A model generated the notes under the pieces. The model was not told the DNA's origin. It ran no database searches and saw only the letters and a program-made list of their open reading frames with translations. Shown here piece after piece: positions 51,101 through 62,194 of a stretch of DNA of 64,000 nt (position 1 is its first letter; every line of letters starts with the position of its first letter). The position numbers were made by a program, and so were the translations under genes. The DNA is from Botryllus schlosseri (lineage: Eukaryota), in contig CM119374.1 in the NCBI GenBank assembly GCA_051294905.1, positions 3,720,001-3,784,000 on the forward strand, written 5' to 3'.

Positions 51101-54100
51101 TCACGAGAAGGTTTTCAGTGTATCGCGAGTTAATTTTCGAAATTGGTTGTTATATCAATAAATAAAATAGGCAGGTAACTTATTGGCAGGTAACCGAAAA
51201 TATGATAAGCCTGACCGCGAACTTTATGATGTTGATGACGGAAAATATACGTTCCGACTCATTGGCGGAGGCAAGGGCCATCCACATTTTTGTATATGGA
51301 CATGAACTAGAATATTTCGTCGCAGATTTATTTGACTTGATATTTTTCTTGACACTTCGCGCGATTCATTGTCACTCGATTTCTAGCTTTTCTAGTATTG
51401 TTTCCCTCTCATGAAAATTAAATATGCGCCCATTCTACAGAATTGAGCCTAACTATATTCGCAATTATGTGAGAACGTATTGTCCTACAAGCGACTTCGC
51501 GCCTGTACTCGCAGAAAGATAGTCGTTGATGAAACCTTTGCGCAAAATGATAGACAGATGTTCACTGAAATCTTTGATATTTTTATATATACAAGCCCCG
51601 ATTATTCATGTCCTGGTCAATTGAGCCCAGCTGTATACAGAGGAGACCCACAATATATGCAACATTATTATTGCCCGAATTCATTCATTAACTTTGAAAA
51701 AATTTCGCTCTTGGCCCGGCTAGGACTTTTACACAGTGTTTTCATGACATGTTCGTTATCGAATTTGATTCATAGTAATATTAATATATGTCCTGTTTTT
51801 ACCATTACCTAATCCTGTTCGCTCTTATCGGACGATTAAAAAAAGGACATCAACATTAAAGTGGCCCGTGCAGTGGTTCGTAAATCTCATGTGGCCCTTT
51901 GGCCGAAAAGTTTGGCCACCCCTGATCTAGGTGTTGCATTATCATAGCATGTAATTGTAAATGACTGTTTTCAAGTAGGCTACATGTTATCAAAGTAGTG
52001 TTGTTACCCAAGTAGAAGTAGAGGTGACATCATAAATATATTATTTATATGTATCGATTTACAAGACATGATAAGACTACTCCAAGTGGAAATAGAAAAT
52101 GAACTTGAAAATTAGTCAAGTAAGTCATTCAAAGAAGTAGAGCTGGTCTTGGTGTTGCTTTCTTTGAGCATATATAATTGTTCCCAACCAGGATGCTGTA
52201 TATTCTGGCATTACGATGCTATGATGTATTATTTCTTGTAATCCATGCACGCCATATACCAAACTAATCCGCAAATCAATGAAAAGGTAATCACTTCTCC
52301 GCTGCCTGCTGCAAAGTCCATTCATCTGCAACACAAGTGGACTACGAGGAAGCAGTGAATTCTTTGTTACGTCATGCCCCGGCAAAAGTCAAAAAGCCGC
52401 AATTGAAGGTATCAATCAGTTGAGCTCATATGAAACCGGGGAGGGGTCTAAGTAGTCGGTGTTGGTGCCCAAGTAGAAGTAATGTCATAGATTCCCTCCC
52501 AAGCATAAGTAGCAATTTACAAGGTAAAGTCGACTCCGCTGAATTTAGAGACCGTGTAACCGCTTTATTCGGCCAAAAATGCTTGTACAGGAGAGAAGTA
52601 GAATTGCATTTAAAATACTCCGGCTGGTTAATGCGGACAACACCGAGTCTGTGGTTAATTCGGCCAAAGTGGGCGGAACCACACTGTGAATAAAGTAGAG
52701 TCGACTGTGGATCAAAACCGTACTGAAAGTAAGAGTAGCGATTTACAGGGTATGTCATACCTATTTCAAGTGGAAGTTAACAAGTACTCTGTAGTTTGAT
52801 GAAAGTCGATTTGGGCGTGATATCGCATTCATTAAATATGAAACTCAGTGGCGACAAACTCGCCTGATGTCGCAGACCGGACTCAAAAGCTTCAGATCGC
52901 TCGCGGGCCCCACCAATGGAGTGATTCCAAACTATTGCCTGAAAATCCGTGCAATGGTTTTTCATTTGAAACTTTATTATCAGGCCTTTCCACACAGTAG
53001 TGTAAAGATGAAATATATTTCGGATCATATGGGTTCTATTCTAGTTGCACCTATATCAGCAAACAACGAAATTGTCAATAATATGGTGATTAGGCGGCAG
53101 AATACAGTTGAAAATCAATGAAACAGTAGCTCTTCTAATATGATGCAAGTCAGTATTTTTCTATGCTACCGATGTTTTACTCGGACATGGCGGCAAACCT
53201 GGGTATGCGTTGAGGTAAACAAAGTATATAATTGTAAATACGGACGTTGGAATTTTCTTCATTGTCTTAAAAAGCGATTCAGGTTTCCCTTGAGGCCGGA
53301 TACCATTTGAGTCTTTTGTGATGCACTAGTGCGACCACAGATATTGTAATTATATTTTTGTGAATATATTGTATTCACCATGTAACTTGCATGTATCAGT
53401 TCCGTATTGCCGTTTTTGCTTCTGTTTTAGGGAAATTTTCCATAGAACTCGGAACACAATATGCAATTTTCTCCGTACTCGACATTTGCAGTGTTGAGGG
53501 ATTATTTAATGGAATTATTTATTATGAAAATTTCAAAGTGCTGCATAATACACGCATTGTTCAATCTACGCAGAATTGCTGGGCGGTCTGTATGTTTGAC
53601 ACCCCTGATGTAATGGAATGTGGCTTCTTCCAAACATGGGTTGGGTAGTCGAAGTAAAAGTAGTCAGTACTGCTCAAGTAATACATCATTTCTATTGAAG
53701 TATATGTAGTGGTTTACAGGACATGTTAAACCTACCTCGAGGAAGCAGTTAGCGTGATGTCGTAAACTTGGTCGAGGTGTCGGTTGATTTTAGCATATAA
53801 CTGTAAGTGGCGATTAACAAATTGAAGTGTTCAACGTTGGGATTATAGTGGAAGTAGAAGTAACTTGGAGTAGTGTTAACATACTTCGTAAATCACAGCA
53901 TACACCAGTATAAATTGAAGTTGAAAGGTACTCGAGTAGTTTGAAAATAGTAGATTTGGTTGTAATGTTTCATTCTTTTACCATGTAATGGTTCGAACAT
54001 GTGTAGCCGAAGTAGAAGTGGTCGTTTTTGGTAGTCAAGCTGAAGTAAGAAGTAACATCATAAATTTCTATTGAAGTAGAAGTAGCGATTTTCAAGGTAG

Positions 54101-55290
54101 TCAATTATTTCAAGTGGAAGTAGAAATATAAGTTGATAAGTACTCGAGTAGTTAAAAAAAAGTAGTCTTCGTCGAACAGGAGTAGTTAGTTCTCAAGTAG
54201 ACATCTAAGAACGTGAATCTGTAGTGAAGTATAAGTAGCGCTTTCCAAGGCGTTGTTCAACCACTTCGAGGGGAAGCAGGCAACGTAAGAATTCACTGAC
54301 ATTGCTGTATATATTTCAGGCACAAGCGCCGAAATGAAACGTTTTGGTGCAACAACTTGTGATTGCCTAAGAAAAAGAATAGGCACTCAACATAAGCAAA
54401 CGGTGCTTTGATTTAATTCTTGCATTGTGACTTTTTACTGAACCCGTTTTGTCATGCTATTTTTAAATTGTTGCTGTTTCTTTATTCCTGTGATACCATT
54501 CTATTTAATTATATTTAATATTCATTAAAATCAACGTTTTTTTCACATAGACTGTTCCATTAGCTTCGAGTTGTCCTAGCAGTTGCTGTGTCTTATATTC
54601 CTGCGACACCTTTATATGTACTTAAGCTAATGACAAACAGTTAAAGTAAGACAGCATTGAGTGGTTTTAGCAGCTGCTGTTTATTGAACCCCTGCGACAC
54701 ATTTTCTGTGATTACTTGTTGCAATATGATTTTTCACTTCATCCTTGATTGTGTTAAGTGGTGGTAGTACTCGGCTTTCACATTTTGTGTGTTCGTTAAT
54801 AGTAGTATAGCTTCGTTGATAATAACCAATATCGTATTTGTATTTTGCCAGTTTCGTTGCCCACTCGGCCAATATATGCTGTGTGTGAGCTGATATGATG
54901 TTGTATCCCATGTTGTTAGCCGTGAGGCGCTGAACCAGGTATGGAGTGGAGATGAGAAAGAGGACGAATGACACTTCCATAGGGAGTGGCGTCATGTCCA
55001 CAGTACGTCAGGCGTGTCCATAGGGAGTGGCGCCACGTGCACAGTACGTCAGGCGCGATTATTAGGGAGTGGCGTCATGTACACAGTACGTCAGGCGCGT
55101 CCATAGGGAGTGACGCCATGTCCACAGTACGTCAGGCGCGTCCATAGGGAACCACGTGACGTCCAGGCTAGGTCAGACGCGTCCGAGAGGAGTCGCTTTG
55201 TGTCCACAGCACGTCATTGTGGACGTGCTCAGAGGGCAGACAGGACGTCTTTTCCACCGGAAGTCAACTGGACGTCGAGTGTTTGCTGGG
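48160..55290. mobile_element. 7.1-kb CMC/EnSpm-like DNA transposon (decayed or non-autonomous)
   Basis: TIR CCCAGCAAACAC/GTGTTTGCTGGG; 2-bp TSD AT; empty site in the paralog at ~39292; GACGTC-rich subterminal repeats; no recognisable transposase. Confidence 0.82.
54977..55150 (+). repeat. ~4.2 copies of a 41-bp subterminal tandem repeat
   Basis: ccatagggagtggcgtcatgtccacagtacgtcaggcg(t/c)gt. Confidence 0.92.
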
Positions 55291-56322
55291 ATAGTTTTTT
55301 TACGTCTTTTGTAACGATTTTTATATATATCCAATCAAATTAACTAAGTACAACTACGAACGATCTATAATTATTCCACTGCGCCGTGCACGTGCGTAAT
55401 TATTTCACTGCGTGTCAAAAAAAGTTTGAGAACCACTAGGTTAATATATCTGCCAGACGTCAACAATGCTTCAAGTGAGGGGAGGGTTAATACGGGTTGC
55501 AAGTTGTGGTAGCGAAAGGGTTAATATATCTGCCAGACGTCGACAATGGGTCAAGTGATGACAGGATTAATAGCGGATGTAAGCTGTTGTAGCGAAAGTT
55601 TTAATGAATCCGCGGCCAACTGCGATTATTGTTTCTCTCGAAGCATCATTTTGACATCGAATGCCTATAACAAGCAACGCGATCGCATTCGATTTGGTTG
55701 ACTGGGATGACAGTGTACATATTGAACAAATGGGATCGCGGTCGTGAAAACTTGATGATTGCAGCGGCACACATAAACTTGAATATCACAAAACTACTAA
55801 AAAAATTCATCATGGAAGGTGAGAACGGTTTTAGGGTCTATCAGGGGCGCTGTTCTTGGAAATGCTATTAGTTTATGCGAATTAGCTCTAGTTTTCAAGA
55901 ATCCACTTAATTGTATTTTTTTCATCATGGTATTCAAACTTGGTAACATTCGATCAGAACGGCCTAAATTGAATGTTTCCCTATCCCAGAGAGTTGTCAT
56001 TATTGCGGGCAGTTTCGCATTAGGCACCAGCAGTAATTTTCCCCCATGCGAGTATTCCATCTACCTACAACTACATTGTTGTGATTGTATAGGTGCTGAT
56101 TACTGTAATTAGTTTACTTTGCTCTGTTCATTCCTTTCGTACCTCAGTTGCTTATATCTGTGTTGTCGAGTGCATGTCCTAGTTCCGTGAAGTTGATTGT
56201 AGCTGAATTTCAGTTAATAAAAACCTAGAAAGCTGTCAAGCAGTTTCGTCTTCGTCTACCTACGCTTTCCTCGAAAGGTCACCACAATTTTATTAACTGC
56301 TATTGACACAATCGACTCTGGA

Positions 56323-59300
56323 ATGACTTTCTCTCAAGAGAAGTGTATCCGCGTGCCGGTTCTAGATTTATTACCGAGCTCTCAAGACTCTTCGAAAGTA
56401 TTCAACCACTGGGACAAAATGTTGTCGAGCTTCATATCGTCTGCAGAGTCTTCTTTGCCATCGACCAGCAGCACGGACACTGGACAAGAATCCAGCAGTG
56501 GCCGTCCCGGGGCAGTTCTCGATAAGTTGGTTATTTTGATTGGTTATGTATCGCCAAGCGTGTACGCTTTGATCGAAGATCATGGCACGTTCGAATCTGC
56601 CATGGCACACCTAACCAAGTTATATCGGAAGAAAAAGAACATCATATATGCTCGACATTTACTCGCAACTGCTAAGCAAGACTCTGGTGAGACCGTCGCT
56701 GATTTCTCACAAAAGTTGATCGCGCTCTGTCTCGTGATTGCAATTTTGAAGCTGTTAATGCAGAAGTGCATAAAATGGAGGCCGTTCGAGATGCCCTAAT
56801 TACTGGCTTGCGGTCCTCTGGCATTAGATTGCGTCTTCTCGAACATGATGAGTTAACACTCGAAAAAGCCATGCAGATAGCAGACTCTCTTGAACGGGCG
56901 CAAGCGTTTTCCTCGTCCTATGAAATATCGCCTCCTACCGCTAACATGGTTCCGGGAAATCAGGAAATGCGGAAGACTTCACATACGCCTGATGAATCGC
57001 CTGTGTTGTCCTGCAGCTCTGAATTGGCTGCATTACAGAAGTCTCCAGAAAAAAAGAAGTGCTTATTTTGTGGCGGTTTCCATACGATGCTTCGCAAGTT
57101 TTGTCCAGCCCGAAACAGCGAATGTTTGATAGGCTTACCATACGTCCTCTTTTAAGAGGATTTGTCCTCTTTTTTGACTTCTTTGAAAGTGTCCTCGGAG
57201 GACGCCCTTTTGTCCTCTTTTTTGAGATTTTGTCCTCTTTTTTGAAAATTTAGGTCATATTTAGAGGAAATCGCGAGTGATATGCCGCAAATTAGCGCAG
57301 AAGTGAAGCTCCGGCGGGTATTTCGGAGGGAAAAGGGGTGAATTCAGCTCTGAGCGAAAAAAAGACCTTTTTTTTTTTTTTTTTTTTTTTTAGTCATCCG
57401 ATCATGAAGCGGGTAAACTTTACCTGTTTTTGAGAATTCTTCTCCAGTTTTGCTTGTCTGAAATTTCTGAAAAAGTGTCCTCTTTTTTCATTTCCGAAAT
57501 ATGGTAAGCCTAATGTTTGAGGTGTGGCCGACGGGGTCACTTTGCCAAAGTCTGCAAATTCGATTTGGCTTCGCTAGCCGGTGTACCCGGTTCTTTGAGG
57601 CGTTCGACGTTGGAAGTTTTTGTTGCTGAGAGGTTGGTCAAAGTACTTGTAGATTCGGGGGCATACGAATGCTACATTAGCTCATCATTCGCCAAAATTC
57701 TCAATCTCGTTCTTACTCCTCGGGATTACACAATTACCCTTGCATCAAAGTCATCTTCCGCTCGAGTTATTGGTCACGCATACGCGACACTTCGTATTGA
57801 AGATAAAGATTACGGCGCAACTCAATTTTGCGTCGTTGATGAACTGTGCGCCGACGTAATTATCGGCTTGGAATTCCTCAAACAGCATAAGAGAGTTATA
57901 TTTGAATTCGGTGGGCCGAAGGGAGATCTCGTAATAGGACGCAAGCATTGTGCCGTAGCTGCCGCTAAAGTGAGTGATCCGCCTGAAATATTCAAGTTTG
58001 TCGACCCAGCTGTAAAGCCTGTAGCTGTGAAGTCGAGAAAGTACAGCTCAGAGGATCGATCTTTCGCACGGACCGAGGTGTCAAAGCTCCTGGATGAAGG
58101 CGTTATAGAGAAGTCGGTATCTCCCTGGCGAGCTCAAGTTTTGGTAACCAAGGACCCTCGACATAAGAAAAGGTTGGTGATTGATTATTCGCGGACGATA
58201 AATCGATACACCCCTTTGGATGCTTATCCGCTACCAAAAATTGATGACATTGTCAATGAAGTTGCAAAAGGTGTTGTTTATAGCACGATCGATCTCAAGT
58301 CTGCGTATCACCAGGTGTCTCTCTATGCGGCCGACCGACCCTTCACAGCTTTTGAAGCTGATGGTTGTCTGTATCAATTTCGTCGCCTACCCTTCGGCAT
58401 CACCAATGGGGTCGCTGCATTTCAGCGGTTCATTGATAAATTTATAGCGGACAACCACTTGAAAGGCACAATAGCTTACTTGGATAATGTAACTATATAC
58501 GGAAGGAATCAGAAGGAGCACAATGAGAGGCTCTCTTCGTTCATGTCCGCCGCTGATTCAACAGGTCTGACTCTAAATAAAAATAAATGTGCGTTTGGGG
58601 TTTCGAAGCTCTCACTGCTCGGCCATCTGATATCCCACAATGATATTCGACCCGATCCGGATCATTTGCGACCCTTAACGCAAATGCCGGCTCCAAGCGA
58701 TACTCGTAGTCTGAAGCGCTGTTTGGGCATGTTTTCGTACTATTCAAAATGGATTCCGTCCTTTTCCGACAAAGTGAAGCCCCTCTGTGAAAATGTCGTG
58801 TTCCCCTTGCTTGAAAAACAGAGAAACGCATTTGAAACGTTAAAACAAAATCTACTTCGCGCCTGTTTGAGCTGCATCTATGATGACGAACCGTTTCAAG
58901 TTGAATGCGATGCTTACGAAGTTGCGATCGCCTCTATTTTAAGCCAAAAGGGCAGGCACGTTGCGTTCATGTCTCGAACGCTATCAAAATGCGAAATGAA
59001 ATACCCCGCTGTAGAAAAGGAAGCTTTGGCCATTGTCGAGTCTCTTCGAAAATGGGATTATCTCTTGAACCGAAATGAATTTAAATTGACAACGGACCAA
59101 AAGGCATTATCCTTCATATTTAGAAAAGACCATCCGAGTAAGATTAAAAATGCAAAGCTCAGTCTGTGGAAACTCGAGTTAAGTCCGCTAAAGTATCAAA
59201 TAATTCACCGCCCTGGATCCGAGAATATCGGACCTGATACTCTGTCTCGGGTTTGTTGTTCGTCCCCAGGCCAGCCACACATGAGCCTTGAAGAGATCCA

Positions 59301-60270
59301 TGAAGCGCTGAGTCACCCTGGGATTCGACGACTTGATCACTTTGTCCGATCCAAGAATCTACCTTTTTCTATGGAGGACGTTAAAAGAACTTGTGCTAAT
59401 TGTCAAATATGTGCTAAATTGAAACCTCGGTTCTTCATGTCTAATGAAACGAACAAGTTGATAAAAGCTACTCGACCATGGGAACGTATTAGCATCGATT
59501 TCAAAGGTCCCGTTGATGGACCCAGAAAGTTTGTACTTGTTATTATTGACGAGTACAGTCGCTTCTTATTCGCTTATCCTTGTCGCGACATGACGTCGTC
59601 AACGGTCGTCAATCGTCTCTCATCCTTGTTTTCGCTTGTCGGTGTACCGGAATATGTACACAGTGACAGGGGTGCCTCATTTCTATCTAAGGAAATCACC
59701 GATTTCTAGACACGCAAGCGTATTGCCACCAGCAAGTCGGCTCCTTATCACCCCACAGGCAATTCGCAATGCGAGAGGCTTAATCAGACTTTGTGGAAAT
59801 CCGTCAAGTTGCTTTTGGAAAGTCGGAGATTGCCGGAGAGACATTGGGAATCGGTTTTGCCGGATGCTCTGCATTCCATCCGGTCGCTCTTATGCACGGC
59901 AACTAATTGTTCTCCTCGTGACAGGTTCTTCAAGTTTGAAAGGAGATCCATGTTGGGCTACTCCATTCCCGACTGGCTTCTTCATGGCGGCACCGTACTT
60001 CTACGAAATTTTGTGCGGAACAAAGGCGACCCCCTCGTTAATGAGGTGGAACTATTGGATGCCAACCCTAAATACGCCTTAATACGTTACAGGAACGGCG
60101 TAGAATCAACGGTTTCCGTTAAGATCTCGCACCCTACCCTGTTTCTACAAAGTCTTCTGAGGCGCATGAAAGAAAGGAAAAAGAGTTTTCCTCTGTCTGC
60201 GATACGACGGAGCCGTCATCCGATGAACTTACCACCTCGTCCACAGCGAAAAAGATGGCGTTGCTTGTAA
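56323..60270 (+). pseudogene. gag-pol of the LTR element
   Basis: LVDSGA protease, YLDN RT site, CDAYE RNase H, H2C2 + D/D/E integrase; lesions: 2-nt insertion ~56726, MITE 57130-57512, TAG 59707-59709, frameshift ~60120. Confidence 0.93.
57130..57512. mobile_element. TAGGCTTACCATA-family MITE inserted in the gag zinc knuckle
   Basis: Perfect 13-bp TIRs; perfect TSD atgtttga. Confidence 0.95.
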
Positions 60271-60616
60271 AACATTTTCTCCGCGTCGCGACGAAGTAGT
60301 GGAGCCCAGTAGCAGCGCAGATGTCGAGGAACCTCCACTGCGCCGATCCACGCGCATAAGGCGCGCTCCCGAACGTTACGGGCAAGGGACCTCGTAAAAG
60401 CTAGTCCCTATTTTTCTTGGTGGGGGTGAATGTGGTGATTGTATAAGTGCTGATTACTGTAATTAGTTTACTTTGCTCTGTTCATTCCTTTCGTACCTCA
60501 GTTGCTTATATCTGTGTTGTCGAGTGCATGTCCTAGTTCCGTGAAGTTAATTGTAGCTGAATTTCAGTTAATAAAAACCTAGAAAGCTGTCAAGCAGTTT
60601 CGTCTTCGTCTACCTA

Positions 60617-60760
60617 CACTGTAAAAATTATTCTTGTTAATAAACAAGAAAAAACATGCTAGACTCGATTACTAGCTTACAGGCTTTTTCTAGTAACTCA
60701 TTACAATCTTACAAGCTAATTCTTGTTAACTCAATACAAGCCCATAGCTTGTAACTCTCT
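60617..60760 (+). mobile_element. Possible left end of a CACTA/EnSpm element abutting the 3' LTR
   Basis: TA|CACTGTAAAAA followed by cttacaag/cttgtaa/ttcttgttaa repeats; the other end is not in the window. Confidence 0.45.
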
Positions 60761-62106
60761 CTTTTTCTCTCTCACATTATACCTAAATGTTGCACCTGTA
60801 CTAGCAGTACCTATAACCAGAAAGACCCAATGTAGTCGGTGGCCATGATTGTTCGCAAATGTATAGCAAAAAGCTCATTTATTTACAGCCAATTAACTGC
60901 AGCAGATCAGCAGGCAATATACAGGCTCAAGCACAGATGGACAATAAACAGCAGCACTAGAAAAAGCAATTGTGTAAAAACAAAATTCCCATGACTTGGC
61001 CTGCAGCAGAACCAGCACGCTAACTCGAATTTTCAGGCAAGAAGCAATAATATTATAAATGTGTAAAGGCAAACTCATGAGCGTCACAACTGAATTTATT
61101 CAACAATAGTGCAGCTTGAAGACAGCATACTGAAGATGAATTGTTTGACAAGAACTCATGTAGTTTTGAAAGTAAATTATTTGGTCCAGTACAAACCTAT
61201 TCCATAACTATTTATACTTTGCAGCATCAAAATTGTCAAGTAATGAAGTATGCCGAAAACATAATCACTTAAGGCAAAATCTACTTTAGCACCCCAAAAA
61301 GCAAAACTACTTCATAACTTACCAATTTGTATATCAATGATCAATTGCATTTCAAAACTGCACATCAATTTTTATCACCCATTGAAGCGACTGCAGACGG
61401 CATACGCAGCCCTTTCATTCTTGCAATGCGGATGGAGAAGAAATGTAGAGTATTATTCATACCGCTCGCAAACTGGATATTGAATACCCAATGCAGTGAC
61501 ACAAAGCTAAAGCATATGAGAAATCTACCACGTCATTTATCACTAGCCCGTCGACGTGCACCGTCCACTTGGTCTCTTGAGTGTCAAGATGTATGATTGG
61601 GTTGGTTCTGAATTATCCTGAAAAAAGACCACACAACTGTATACTGAAAGGCAAGGAGAGTATGAAATTATATAGCCTATAATACTACCAGAGTAATAAT
61701 GGCTGATGTATTAGGTCAAAATGATAACTATGACATCAATTATACCAGAGGTGGCGAACCTTTTCGGTCGAAGGGACACACGAGATTTAGGAACAATTAC
61801 GCGGGCCACTTGAATGTTGATGACCTTTTTTAGTCGTCCGATAGGAGCGTACCGAATTAGGTAACGTTGAAAACAATACTTACATTACTACGCTTTAATT
61901 TTCATACAATTATGTCATGAAAACTATGTGTGCAAAGTGCAACTGTGCATTCGGAACTTGTGAACTATACGCCGGTATTTCCCGGTCATGGTGAACACGT
62001 CTATTTTAATGTTTCCCCATGAACACTCATTGTTTTCATGGAGCGCACTTTCTCTTTTTTGCCTTTTTCCTTTTATTTGCATTCTCTCGAATGTCGCTTC
62101 CAAAAA

Positions 62107-62119
62107 TGCTGACTCAGCA
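62107..62119. promoter_or_regulatory. Perfect T-MARE/AP-1 palindrome TGCTGACTCAGCA in the 3' region of the retroelement
   Basis: Exact consensus match ~75 nt after the stop; AATAAA follows on the - strand. Confidence 0.4.
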
Positions 62120-62194
62120 TATAATTAGTTACGAGGTTTGAGTCTGATCCGTCCGCTCCCATTTCACAGGGTTTTGCGCAAGCCGTCGTACGAC

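Larger units (their letters stand above)
33203..55609. repeat. Tandem segmental duplication, 33203-39607 vs 45465-55609 (direct orientation)
   Basis: Collinear similarity once the copy-specific insertions (34361-36361, 37024-38699, 48160-55290) are removed. Confidence 0.9.
56077..60618 (+). mobile_element. Ty3/Gypsy LTR retrotransposon (Mag-like double knuckle), young but disabled
   Basis: 188-bp LTRs 56077-56264 and 60431-60618 with 4 differences; PPT ggtgggggtgaa; gag-PR-RT-RH-IN order. Confidence 0.95.

Noticed and set aside
54780-54920. Gypsy RNase H C-terminal-like fragment (ILAEWATKLAKYKYDIGY)
   Set aside because: Short and degenerate, with no adjacent RT or integrase; too weak to annotate.
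54977-55150. 41-bp repeats as a CRISPR array
   Set aside because: The units are contiguous with no unique spacers, there are no cas genes, the context is eukaryotic, and they sit at a transposon subterminus.
55797-56060. ORF vaguely like an integrase zinc-finger region (LLVP..GRSDRM)
   Set aside because: His/Cys ligands are absent and no catalytic core follows.
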